From assembly GCA_030390025.1 (NCBI GenBank), contig CM059426.1, positions 109,120,001 through 109,184,000 of the forward strand: a DNA stretch of 64,000 nt, read 5' to 3'. The notes beneath the pieces were generated by a model. It was not told where the DNA came from. It made no database searches and worked only from the letters and a program-made list of their open reading frames with translations. Every line of letters starts with the position of its first letter. The first letter of the stretch is position 1. A program made the translations under genes and the position numbers. The stretch is from Squalus acanthias. Lineage: Eukaryota. Below are positions 10,906 through 23,859 of the stretch, one piece after another.

Positions 10906-12356
10906 AACATAAGGACTTATTAAATAGGAGCAGGAGTAGGCCATTTGGCCCCTTGAGCCTGCTCCGCCATTCAATAAGATCATGGCTGATCTTCTACCTC
11001 AACTCCACTTTCATGCACTATCCCCATATCCCTTGATTCCCTTAATATTTAAAAATCGATCGATCTCTGTCTTGAATATACTCAATGACTGAGCTTCCAC
11101 AGCCCTCTGGGGTAGAGAATTCCAAAGATTCCACCACCCTCTGAGTGAAGAAATTTCTCCTCATCACAGTCCTAAATGGCCAACCCCTTATTCTGAGACT
11201 GTGACCCCTGGTTCTAGACTCACCAGCCAGGGGAAACATCCTCCCTGCATCTACCCTGTCTAGCCCTGTAAGAATTGTGTATGTTTCAATGAGATCACCT
11301 CTCATTCTTCTAAACTCCAGAGAATACAGGCCTAGTCTACTCGATCTCTCCTCATCGGACAATCCCCCCATCCCAGGAATCAGTCTGGTGAACCTTTGTT
11401 GCACTCCCTCAATGGCAAGTATATCCTTCCTTAGGTGCAAGGAGACCAAAACTGTACACAATGCTCCAGGTGTGGTCTCACCAGGGCCCTATATAATTGC
11501 AGTAAGAAGTCTTTACTCTTATACTCAAATCCTCTTGTATTTTTCCTACCAAAGTGGATAACTTCACATTTCTCCGCATTATATTCCACTTGCCATGTTC
11601 TTTCCCACTCACTTAGCCTGTCTATATCCCCTTGAAGCCTCTTTGCATTCTCCTCACAACTTACATTCCCACCCAGCTTTGTATCATCAGCAAACTTGGA
11701 TATATTACACTTGGTCCCCTCATCCAAATCATTGATATAGATTGTGAATAGCTGAGGCCCAAGCACTGATCCTTGCGGTACCCCACTAGTTACAGCCTGC
11801 CAACCCGAAAATGACCCGTTTATTCCTATTCTCTGTTTTCTGTCCATTAACCAATCCTCAATCCATGCCAGTATATTACCCCCAATCCCATGAGCCCTAA
11901 TTTTGTTTAATAACCTCTTGTGTGGCACCTTATCAAATGCCTTCTGAAAATCCAAATACACCACATCCCACATTATCTATTCTACTAGTTACAACCTCAA
12001 AAAACTCTAAAGTTCGTCAAACATGATTTCCCTTTCATAAATCTGTGTTGACTCTGCCCAATCCTATTATTATTTTCTAAGTGCCCTGTTAACCAGTCCT
12101 TAATAATAGATTCTAGCATTTTCCCTACTACTGATGTCAGGCTAACTGGTCTGTAGTTCCCTCTTTTCTCTCTCCCTCCTTTCTTAAATAATGGGGTTAC
12201 ATTTGCTACCTTCCAATCTGCAGGAACCGTTCTAGAACCTATGGAATTTTGGAAAATGACAACCAATGCATCCATTTTCTCTATAGCCACCTCTTTCAAA
12301 ACCCTAGGATGTAAGCCATCAGGTCCAGGGGGTTTATTGGCTCTTAGTCCCATTAA
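10906..12356 (-). mobile_element. CR1 LINE, 5'-truncated, nested in the + strand CR1
   Basis: ORFs 11042-12434 with [10 protein letters not shown] and KFADDTKL. Same subfamily as 47134-49128, with an internal deletion near 11538. Confidence 0.92.
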
Positions 12357-14362
12357 GGAAAGAAAGGAGGTGGGGTGGCAGTATTGATTAAGGAGAATAT
12401 TAGTGCTGGAGAGAGGATGTCCTGGAGGGGTCAAGGACAGAATCTATTTTGTTAGAGTTGAGAAACAATAGAGGTGCCATTACACTACTAGGTGTATTCT
12501 ATAGGCCACCAACTAGTGGGAAAGATATAGAGGAGCAAATTTGCAGGGAAATTACAGAGAGGTGCAAGAACTATAGAGTAGTGATAATGGGGGACTTCAA
12601 TTATCCTAATATAGACTGGGATAGTAATAGTGTGAAAGGGCAGAGAGGGGGAAGAATTTCTGAAGTGTGTTCAGGAGAACTTTCTTATCAGTACGTTTCC
12701 GGCCCAACGAGGAAGGAGGTATTGCTGGATCTGGTTCTGGGGAATGAGGTCAACTGGAGCAAGTGTCAGTAGGGGAACATTTAGGGAACAGTGATCATAG
12801 TATCATAAGGTTTAGATTAGCTATGGAAAAGGACGGGGGTAATCTGGAGTAAAAATGCTTAATTGAAGGAAGGCCAATTTCAGTGGGTTGAGAACGGATC
12901 TGGCCCGGGTAAATTGGAATCAATGATTGGCAGGCAAAATTGTAATCTAAGAATGGGCTGCCTTTAAAGAGGAGATGGTTTGGGTACAGTTGAGGTACAT
13001 TCCCACGTGGGGGAAAGGTAGGGCAACCAAAGCCAGAGCTCCCTGGATGACGAAAGAGATAGAGAGTAAGATGAAGCAGAAAAAGGGGGTGTAGAGATGT
13101 CCGGTTGAGAGTATAAGTGAGAACCAGGCTGAATATAGAAAGTTCAGAAAGTGAAAACGAAATGAGGGGCAAAGAGAGAGAGTATGAGAATAGATTGGCA
13201 GCTAACATAAAAGGGAATCCAAAAGTCTTCTATAGCCATATAAATAATAAACTGGTCGTAAGAGGAGGGCTGGGGCTGATTTGGGACCAAAAAGGAGACC
13301 TTCGCATGGAGGCTGAGGTACTAAATGAGTACTTTGCATCTGTCTTTACCAAGGAAGAAGATGCTGCCAAAGTCATAGTGAAAGAGGAGGTAGTTGAGAT
13401 AATGGATTGGATAAAAATTGATTCAGGAGGTACTAGAAAAGCTGGCTGTACTTAAAAGTAGGTAAGTCACCAGGACTGGATGCTGGGGCAGGTAGGGTGG
13501 AAATTGCGGAGGTGCTGGCCATAATCTTCCAATCCTCCTTAGATATGGGGGTGGTGCCAGAGGACTGGAGAATTGCTAATGTTACACCCTTGTTCAAAAA
13601 AGGGTGCAAGGATAAGCCCAGCAACTACAGACCAGTCAGTTTAACCTCGGTAGTGGGGAAACTTTTAGAAATGATAATCAGGGACAAAATTAACAGTCAC
13701 TGAGACAAGTGTGGATTAATTAAGGAAAGCCAGCACAGATTTGTCAAAGGCAAATCGTGTTTAACTAACTTGATTGAGTTATTTGATGAAGTAACAGAGG
13801 GGCTTGATGAGGACAATGCGGTTGATGTGTACATGGACTTCCAAAAGGCGTTTGATAAAGTGTCACATAATAGGCTTGCCAGCAAAGTTGAAGCCCAAGG
13901 AATAAAAGGGACAGTGGCAGCATGGATATGAAATTGGCTAAGTGACAGGAAACGGAGAGTGGTGAACTGGAGAGTGGTGTTCCCCAGGGGTCGGTACTAG
14001 GACCACTGCTTTACTTGATGTATATTAATGACTTGGACTTGGTGTACAGGGTGCAGATGACACAAAACTTGGAAATATAGTGAACAGTGAGGAGGATAGC
14101 GATAGACTTCAAGAGGACCTAGACAGGCTGGTGGAATGGGCGGACACCTGGCAGATGAAATTTAACGCAGAAAAGTGCGAAGTGATACATTTTGGTAGGA
14201 AGAACGAGGAGAGGCAATATAAACTAAAGGGTACAATTCTAAAGGGGGTGCATGAATAGAGAGACCTGGGGGTATATGTGCACAAATCGTTGAAGGTGGC
14301 AGGGCAGGTTGCGAAAGCGGTTAAAAAAAGCATATGGGACTCTGGGCTTCATAAATAGAGGT

Positions 14363-14557
14363 CATGATGCGGAGATGCCGGTGTTGGACTGGGGTGGACA
14401 AAAATGAGAAGTCGCACAACACCAGGTTATAGTCCAACAGTTTTATTTGAAATCACAAGCTTTCGGAGCTTCACCTGAGGAAGGAGCAGCGCTCCGAAAG
14501 CTTGTGATTTCAAATAAAACTGTTGGACTATAATCTGGTGTTGTGCGACTTCTCATT
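14363..14557. mobile_element. Penelope-like pLTR-derived fold-back insertion, copy 3 (inside CR1 ORF2)
   Basis: 69-bp arms (14401-14469 / 14491-14559, one mismatch), 21-nt spacer, TSD TTCATAAATAGAGGT (14348-14362 and 14558-14572). Confidence 0.88.
14471..14507 (+). ncRNA. Minimal type I hammerhead ribozyme motif
   Basis: UCAC-CUGAGGA-A-GGAGC(AGC)GCUCC-GAA-AGCU-U-GUGA. Confidence 0.8.
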
Positions 14558-17084
14558 TTCATAAATAGAGGTATAGACTACAAAAGCAAGGAAGTTATGA
14601 TGAACCTTTTATAAAACACTGGTTCAGCCTCAACTGGAGTATTGTGTCCAATTCTGGGCGCCACACTTTAGGAAGGATGTGAAGGCCTTAGAGAAGGTGC
14701 AGAAAAGATTTACGAGAATGGTTCCAGGGATGAGGGACTTCAGTTACGTGGATAGACTGGAGAAGCTGGGGTTGTTCTCCTTAGAGAAGAGAAGGTTGGG
14801 AGGTGATTTGATAGAGGTGTTCAAAATCATGAGGGGTATAGATAGAGAGAAACTGTTCCCTTTGGCGGAAAGGTCGAGAACCAGAGGAGACAGATTTAAG
14901 TTGATTGGCAGAAGAACCAAATGGCGACATGAGGAAAAACATTTTTACGCAGCGAGTGGTTATGATCTGGAATGCGCTGCCTGAAAGGGTGGTGGAGACA
15001 GATTCAATCGTGGCTTTCAAAAAGGAATTGGATAAGTACCTGAAGGAAAAAAATTTGCAGGGTTATGGGGAAAGGGCAGGCGAGTGGGACCAGCTGAAGT
15101 GCTCTTGCAGAGAGCTGGCATGGGTTCGACGGGCCGAATGGCCTCCTGTGCTGTAATCATTCTATGATTCCTGTTGGGTACTATGATCAGTTCATTGGGG
15201 CAAATCGATTTTCACTGTGTTCAAGAGAAAAATATCACCCATTTAGTCACTGTATAAGTCAAATTCTATCTAAGTTCCAGAATGATGTGTTTATGCAAGA
15301 AGTAAATCAACTGGACACAACATATTTACAGTTGACTGCTTGTGCATTTTATAGTCGATGTCTCAGGTGCAAATATTGTGTATCCTATTAATGCATAGTC
15401 ATAATATTAAGTACATCCCCAGGAGTGGGGAAGTAAAAATCTAATCAAGGCAAATCCTGACAAACTTTTGATGACAGAATATGAAAATATTTAAAGGGGG
15501 CTTTACCATGGCTGTGGTGAATGCTGCAATAGAAATTTAATGGTTTACTGGTGGCGCAAAGGCCTCGTTGCCCAACTAGTATAATTACCAAACCAAAGCT
15601 TCACAAAAGAATATTTGTGCTGTACAATTTAAAACATGTTGCTACTCCATGAGAATGAACCTCTCATTGTTTCTAAACTTAACACTTTTCTGGGTGCAAA
15701 CCTAACTGATGTGCCCTTTTAAATTGCCTTTTAAGATAGTGCAGACTGTGAATTCCCCCACTATACCACAGTCATTCTTCTGTGTTTTGAACTCACTTAA
15801 AGTTGTTATTACAAGGGTTATAAATCAAGAAAAGATTAAAGAACCAAACACACAGGGTGGTCTGATAGGTTAAGTGGCCGAGCAGGGTCACAGGAGAAAT
15901 TTTTAAGAGAATAAATTGCTTATGTCTGAAAGATACTGTGGAACATTTTAGTATTCTAGGTAACACTTCTTGCTTTCAAAAGGTTTGATAAAGTCCTTTG
16001 CTTTATACTTGATTTACATCTCCATTGCTCTACCACCAGAATTTTTTTGAAAGCTGACACAATCTGTATCTGTTTTATGCTAACATGTTTGTAATTCAAA
16101 ACCTTTCTTTTACCAATTTTGTCCCATTCCATGCATCTTCCTCCCAAATTTAATGAATTCTGCTCCAATATTTCCCACTGAGATTATGGAAATGAAAAAA
16201 AAAATCTAACTTAAAATAAATTATATGTTTAAAAACTAATAACCTGTGTTTTGCTAATGGAATGTACACTGGGGATCTATGTTTAATGGAGCATAAGCTA
16301 TTCATGTCATGGCTGACGTAAATCCCAAGCACCAATTGTGTACTGGACTCCATTCTTGAGATGTATTTTCAGAGGAGGTTTGATCAAGAATACTGCTATT
16401 TCAAATGTATTTGTTTGCTTTATGTACATAAAAGGCATATAATGCAAAAACAAAAGTCAATATTTTGAGTTGGAAATTAATTCCACAAAAATCTCCTTGA
16501 AGTGCTGTACAGTATACGCTATGTACACGTTGGAACACGTTTTTAAACAAACCTTTCCTATTATTTGCCTCTGGGCACTTCTAAAACTTGTAGTTTTAGA
16601 TCTTGGGCTCGTGAGTTTTGTCTATTTTAAGCAGGATTTTTACATCCTCCAAGACATTTTACAGCTTCAAGTTACAGGAAGAGGATTGGGTTACAGACCC
16701 TCTTGTCTTTTAGACTTAAAAATTTTCACTGGTTCACAGTCAACAAAGTAAATAGTGTACTGAACAGAAGTTAGTTCCAAATTTTAAATATTTTGACAGT
16801 CTGCATGTTTGAAATGTACCAAAATGTATGTATAAAATGTGGTTAGTTTTGTTTTAATAACATGAAAAACAAAATCTAATTATTGTGGCACTTGGGTAAT
16901 TATAGGAAATACTTATTTTAAAGTGCTTAGTTATAGGACATTTGCAGACAGAGAGTGGCAACATCCAGAATTAATGCATATGTGTTTTGTCTACCCTGGG
17001 TTACTGGCTGCACTGTTTGATCTGACTATTTGATGTGTCTTGTTCCTCCCAGACTAATCTCTCTTCTGTCTGAATGTATTCTGT

Positions 17085-17087
<3 letters not shown>

Positions 17088-17115
<28 letters not shown>

Positions 17116-17124
17116 GCTCTCTCT
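17088..17124 (+). repeat. (CT)n microsatellite
   Basis: Direct CT dinucleotide run with one interruption. Confidence 0.9.
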
Positions 17125-17247
17125 GATCTCTGTGCCAAGACTACCAGTAATCTATCCAATAGTGAAAAGATCACTGCTGCCAGCTGACTGATGCAGAGTG
17201 CAAGTGAACAAGAGCAGCTGATGGTAGCACATGTGAAGGAATATATT

Positions 17248-18241
17248 GGCTCGGATTTTGTGATCGCCGGCGTAACGAATGATTGCGCTACCAGCATCCG
17301 AACCGAATGCGCACTTAATTGCTGGGAACTCTCCACCAAGAAGCTGCTATCAGACGCTGCGGAGTAGAGGGCAGCGTAGTGGCCCACGGGTCCCAGGGTG
17401 CACTGTGTGTGGAAGCTTACCTGGAATCACGTGGGCCGGTGCTCGAATCAGCAAACTGAAGGTGTCTCATTAATACTATTAGAGATCGTAGGGCTATTCC
17501 CCATTTAATCTTTAGTACTTCAAAAATATACTTACATTTGTGATTTTGGGGTCTGTGGTGTTTAAAAAAAGAAGTATGGATAGCTCGAAATTGTGGTGCT
17601 ACTTTGCTTTTTAAAAAAGAACCGATTCAGAGCAAGTTACATTTCCAATAATTTAGATTGAAAATCACCACTACACTTCTGGGTTACACACAACCAAGTG
17701 TTCTCCAGTTAGAATGCTTCCATCCAGAGAAGACTGACCCCAGACCTGCTGCGAGTAGGGCTGAAGAAGTTTTCTCTCTGCAAAGCAAAATTTGAAGTGT
17801 GGCTTTCTTACAGTCTCTGGGAACTATGCCCAGTCTTCCATAATATGCATTTCAGAATCGTCTATTTATTTTTTTCATGTACAAATTGGAAAGCTATTTT
17901 CACCACTTCGTATTACTGTTTAACCTTTCTAATTAAAGGAGTGCAATTTCTTAATTATCTTGTCAGGAGCTATCCCCTTACACTTTGCAAACAGGCTCTG
18001 TGCCTGTTTGCACCAGCCGTAAAATTTTCATACGTAATTACTGGTCAGTTGGTGGGCAGTTAGCCCAACACTGCGCCAGCAATTAGGATTTCAATGTCGG
18101 TGCGGATCATTTGTCAAGACGGAACTTGACATCGCAAGTTTGGGATCTAGCGCATGCGGAAATCCCAAACTTGCTGTCCATTTCAAAGGCGGTATGACGG
18201 CGTACTCAGTACGCCGTCATACCGACCGCATATTCTGGCCC
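17248..18241. mobile_element. Non-autonomous DNA transposon (probably Harbinger-derived), old
   Basis: CpG-rich ends with imperfect TIRs (ggctcggattttgtg / cgcatattctggcc). Terminal segments resemble 52139-52920. Confidence 0.5.
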
Positions 18242-19142
18242 ATTGCTGCTTAGAGAGTCAGGAAAGGTCCACTCTCGGCTAACGAGGCTTTTAATCTGGA
18301 TCTTTTGGATCCTGCATTTTAAAGAACGATGCTGGTAGAGCATCAAGCATTAGTGCAGACATTAGGGAATATATTGAACAGTGTGCTGCAAATGATGGGT
18401 CAAGTGGAGGAATTCAGTCGCAGGAAGTGCAGGACATTGGAGAACAAATTAACAGCATTGCAGTCCACCGTAGAGCATTTGGACATCTGCAGCAGAGACT
18501 TTTATGGCAGCCTGTGCTTCCTCAATGGATGATGAGACTTAAACTGTAAAGGTCCGGGGCGCCATGTTGCAAAAGGCAATCTCTTCCAACTTCAACATGC
18601 TTGCCAACTGGTTGCAGAAGGTGCTGAGACAGTACATCACTGATCTCATTGGTACCATTGGCTCTGCTTTCCTGAAGATCCCTACAGACCCAGTGGCCAG
18701 TGTTAGTAGCATGGCCGGAACATGTTCAGATAGTGCTGTCTCTTGCATATATCACATCACTGGCACCTAAAAAAGTACGGTGATGAGAAGGACTAGGAAC
18801 ATACACAGCCAGTATGGGTTCACAATAAAATTATGGAGGTACAAAAGATGTTGTACATGCAGACTTTTTTTTTAGAAGATCTGGCAGTTTTCATTAGGTA
18901 ACATGAATTGGAGTTCAGTTAGTTGGGCACAGAAAAGTGGCTGCAGATGGTGGCCTCTTTGTGGAGGAAAGGGGCAGCACAAAACCACAATTATTGAGAT
19001 CTGCGCAGAACAATATTGCAGGGTGCCCATATTAATCCAGGAGCCTAAAATGCACCTTTAGCATGCCAGTGATGTGCTCAATTATGACCATGGTAGCTGC
19101 ATGGACCTCACTGTACCAATGCTCATCTCATGTCCTGAGATA

Positions 19143-19418
19143 ACATAGAAACATAGAAACATAGAATCTAGGAGCAGGAGTAGGCCATTCGGCCCGTCGA
19201 GCCTGCTCCACCATTCAATACGATCATGGCTGATCATCCAAATCCAGTACCCTGTCCCTGCTTTAATCCCCACAGTACACATATCCCACCCTACCCCCGT
19301 AACCCCACGTATTTAATTCCCCCTAACATATCCCATCCTATCCCCATAACCCCACATATTTAATCCCCCCCTAACACTAAGGGTCAATTTATCATAGCCA
19401 AATCAACCTAACCCGCAC
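19143..19418 (-). mobile_element. HE1/V-SINE-like SINE, 5'-truncated
   Basis: Near-identical to 8987-9281, with an (aacataga)n tail. Confidence 0.8.
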
Positions 19419-21399
19419 TGTTGCACAGGCGTCGTTAGTCATGGTTGCAGAAGATAACCGTAATCTCCCAGTAGCGACCCTTTTTGGAGTGGAAGATTGC
19501 TAGCATGAAGGATTACCTTAAAATGAAGGCACCAAAGCCTGGAAAGTGAGCTAGTCAAAAATGAGCTGCACGGAGAGATTGGAATCCTTTCCTGTTGATG
19601 GAGGTGGCAGTATTGAGCAAAGGTGCCCTTAGGCTCATGTTGATGCAATTTTGACTTCTTGGACCTTTGGAAACATGGCCACACTAAGATTGCAGTGCTC
19701 TGTCCTGCTGCCACTAATTGTCCATGGGCAAGGAAATTAAATTTCCCAGAATTATTGTACATTCACTTGGTACTTCAGTTTAATTTCTGCTCCCCCTTTT
19801 TATTTGAAAAGCGTGTGCAATTTATTCTGTCATTTGATTGTAAATACTTTTGAAAGTTTGTATGTATGAATTATCTTCATACTGAAATGAAGAGCAAGAA
19901 AGACACTTGTGAGCAAAATTATCAAATTTGTTGAGCCCACAAGCCTTATGCACTGTAGGGAGGGGCCTTTGATTGCAACAATGGAGCTTGCACTGAGCTG
20001 GCCTCTGCTGTCTGCTTTCACTGCAGATACAGAAGCACGCAAGAGTTGTGAGTACCGAAGACAATAGACATGAAACTACGACTGAGTCATTACAGCTGCG
20101 TGATTTCTACTTTTGTATTGGACAACTTGTGCTAAATCATTAGATGAAAAATGCCTCGTTACTTAGAAGATGTTGATCAAAAAGATTGTGGCCTGAGATT
20201 TTAAGTTGTCAATAAGGGAGATGTGGGTACAGTTAGCTGAAGAATATTGAACTAATCTAGCAATTGCAGAATTGTGTAAGTAAGTGCTGTTTTTATTTTT
20301 ATAATCCAAAAATATTAGCATCTACAGAAATCTCTGTTGCTACTAAATGCTGCTGTTATACTGGAGTCCAAACAATGTGACTGCAAAGCTGGTGGCAGTG
20401 CAGTTACACCAAATTGTAATTCAGTGCTGGTGTACTGTACATTTTTTCTACATCAAAATGTAAGTATATTTATTGGGAAAAAGTTAGGTCATGTATGTAC
20501 TGTAAGCAAAAGCCTGCTACAGCAGCAAGCTTCCAGTTACTTGTACTATGGTGAGACTTATTCTTCAATTATGTGTAAATTTCAGTTTTGACTTTCTCTC
20601 TATCACTGTGTGGGCACTGAAATAAGATGGTAATAAATTTAATATAAAGACCTCTGGTAAGTAGATCTATTCAATAACTAATGTAATTGACAAATTAACC
20701 TGTCAAGTACTTCACTAATTTCAGCTTTCAATGTATATACAGTAGTCACCAAATGAATATGTTTTAATTTCAGTAGTAATTGCTCTTCATTTTTCACCCT
20801 CCACACATTGTAAGATCAAACACAGACATTGCACTGGAGCAGGAGAAAGCAGTCCATGCCCTCGATTTCAGAGCAAGATCGATGGCTTCTTGTGTGTTGC
20901 TCGTCAAACTGTTAATGGCTACATTTAGAGTCAGTCTCCTGGGAATATAACAGCAGCTATTACAATCATCTTTTGACAGGAAAAGTATATTTGCAGGACA
21001 GGCAGAGGAATTGCTGGAATCTTAGCTTAACTTGCATACTGTGACAAAGTTGGTTAGGAAATCTATGATCCCTCTTAAGAACCCTCCTTTAGTTAACTGA
21101 CAGCCTGTGGTAAAGCTTTGCTAAGCCATAGCCCCTTTGTTCCACTGGAAAAATACATAGAGCATCCTCACACTTTTGAATCCTTCTGTGAATTCTGATC
21201 ACCATGCATCTTGCTGGATATTCTCCTCTGTCCTGGGACCTGAGTCCGGGGTCATCTGCAGAAATTTATGGCAATAATTGCATAACTACTGATGTACGAG
21301 TCCTAGAGAGAATAGAGAGGGTTACCCACTTCCTTCCACAAGTACGTGTCTGAGATTTTCTGGGATCAGCAGATCTGTGGGACTGTATCATAGAAGCAT

Positions 21400-21885
21400 A
21401 ATTGAATCATAGAATCATACAGCACAGAAGGAGGCCAGTTGGCCTATCGTGTCTGTGCTGGCTCTTTGAAAGAGCTGTCTGATTAGTCCAACTCTTTCCC
21501 CATAGCCCTGCACATGTCCCTTTTTCAAGTATATATCCAATTCCCTTTTGGAAGTTACTGTTAAATCTGCTTGTACAACCCTTTTCAGGCAGTGCATTCC
21601 AGATCTCTCAAACAACTTGCTGCATAAGAAAATATTGTCTCATTTCCCCTCTGGATTTTTTGCCAATTATCTTAAATCAGTGTCCTGTAGTTACTGTGAC
21701 CCTCCTTCCAGTGGAAACCGCTTCTCCCTATCTACTCTATCAAAACCCCACGTAATTTTTGAACACTTCTATCAAATCTCCCTTTCACTTTCTCTGCTCC
21801 AAGGAGAACAACCCCAGCTTCTCTAGTCTCTCTACATAACTGAAGTTCCTCATCTCTGGTACCATTCTGGTAAATCTCCTCTGTA
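21400..21885 (-). mobile_element. CR1 3' fragment
   Basis: CR1 3' UTR and C-terminal ORF2 remnants; resembles the 14680-15166 subfamily. Confidence 0.8.
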
Positions 21886-21959
21886 TCAATTTAATGGCAA
21901 ACATTTAAAGAAATATTCCAAAATTCTCAACAAATATACATTCCATTGAGAAATAAAAA

Positions 21960-23153
21960 CTCCATGGGAAAAGTGATCCATCCGTGGCTAACTAAAGAAG
22001 TTAAGGATAGTATTAGATTAAAAGAGGCATATAATGTTGCAAAGAATCTTAGTAAGCCTAAGGATTTGGGAGAGCTTTAGAAACCAGCAAAGGATGACCA
22101 AAAAATTGATAAAAAGGGAGAAATTAGAATATGAGAGTAAACTAGCAAGAAATCTAAAAACAGATCGTAAGAGCTTCAAGTATGTAAAAAGGAAGAGAGT
22201 AGCAAAAGTAAGCGTTGGTCCCTTAGAGGCTGAGACAGGTGAAATTTTGATTGGGAATAAGGAAATGGCAGAGATGTATTTTGTATCTGTCTTCACAACA
22301 GAAAGCATACCAAAAATAATGGGGAACCAAGGGGCTAATAAGAGTGAGGAACTGAAAGTAATTAATATCAGTAGAGAAAAAGTACTTGAGAAACTAATGG
22401 GACGTAAAGCCGACAGATCCCCCTGGACCTGATGGCCTACATCCTAGGGTTCTAAAAGAGGTGGCTGCAAATATAGTGGATGCATTGGTTGTGATCTTCC
22501 AAAATTTCCTAGATTCTAGAACAGTCCCAGCGGATTGGAAGGTAGCAAATGTAACCCTGCTATTCAAGAAAGGAGGGAGAGAAAACAGGAACTACAGGCC
22601 AGTTAGCCTGACATCAGTTGTCAGGAAAATGCTGGAATCCAGTATTAAGCAAGTGGTAACAGGGCACTTGGAAAATCATAATATGATTAGGCAAAGTCAA
22701 CATGGTTTTATGAAAGAGCGATCGTGTTTAACAAATTTATTCGAGTTTTTTGAGGATGTAACTAGAAGCGTAGATAAAGGGGAACCAGTGGATGTAGTTC
22801 ATTTGGATTTCCAAAAGGCATTCGATAAGGTGCCACATAAAAGGTTGCTACGCAAGATAAGGGCTCATGGGGTTGGGGGTAATATATTGGCATAGAATAG
22901 AGAATTGGTTAACTGACAGAAAACAGAGAGTAGGGATAAATGGGTCATTTTCAGGTTGGCAGGCTGTACCTAGTGGGGTGCCGCAAGGATCAAAAAGAAA
23001 AAGAAAGACTTGCATTTATATAGTGCTTTTCACGACCACCGGATCAGTGCTTGGGCCTCAGCTATTTACAATCTATATTAATGACTTAGATGAAGGGACT
23101 GAGTGCAACGTATCCAAGTTTGCTGACGATACAAAGCTAGGTGGGAAAGTAAG
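21960..23153 (+). mobile_element. CR1 internal RT fragment lacking its 3' end
   Basis: ORFs 22034-23235 with [26 protein letters not shown] and FADDTKL. Confidence 0.9.
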
Positions 23154-23859
23154 TTCAGAAAAGATTTTCAAACTACAACATGTTCAAAGTAATATCTTGT
23201 CTTATTTTGCCTCTTCTGTTTTAAAATCATTTTAGTTTATGGTATAATGAACTGGTAAACATCAGGTACCTACAACTCATCCAATGTTCTACAGTTCTCA
23301 ATTACAGCGTTGAAAGCTAAAGGCCAGCAAGTCACATTTTGAGACTGTGTTGTCCCTGCATTTCAGTACTTTTATCTAGGTTTTAGTATTTTCAGCAGCT
23401 CATATTTTGGACATGTGTATGATTTAACATGTCTCAACAAGATAAAATGAAGCACTTGCATGTTTTACAATGAAGTTTGTCACTCTGGGATTGCTCTGCA
23501 GTGTACAGCACAGGCCATAAAAGAGATTGCTTTTCAGTGATATGTTTGTCTTAGCATCGTGGCCCTTGACCCACGGCTGTGAATTTTTGAAGAATTTATC
23601 ATCAGACTAAAATGAGGTTGCTGTGGAGAAGATTGTGAAGTTGCAGCAGTTAATGTAAAGAGCTTTCCTTTTTGTGTGAGATGGCCTCAAATGTAAGATG
23701 AGTTCAGTTTTTACATCTAAATACATGTAAAATGAAGTGCTGTGCTTTATTTTTGTCGAGTGCACTTAGGTGGTAGTAGAAGAATATGAATTTGAGAGCT
23801 GTGCAAATTGTTTATATTCTTTGTAAGCACTTTATTTCCCTTTGTCTCTTTTGAAGCCC

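Larger units (their letters stand above)
10540..15166 (+). mobile_element. Near full-length degenerate CR1 ORF2 (APE endonuclease + RT), split by a nested CR1 and by fold-back copy 3
   Basis: APE motifs (ITET, YRPP, GDFNYP) and RT motifs ([18 protein letters not shown]) with frameshifts. Sequence reads through the nested insertion (aggaaagatagggaa|ggaaagaaaggaggtggggtggca). Confidence 0.9.

Noticed and set aside
18240-20200. Short ORFs (18329, 18564) that could be decayed Harbinger accessory-gene sequence
   Set aside because: No diagnostic motif, splice structure or termini that I can support.
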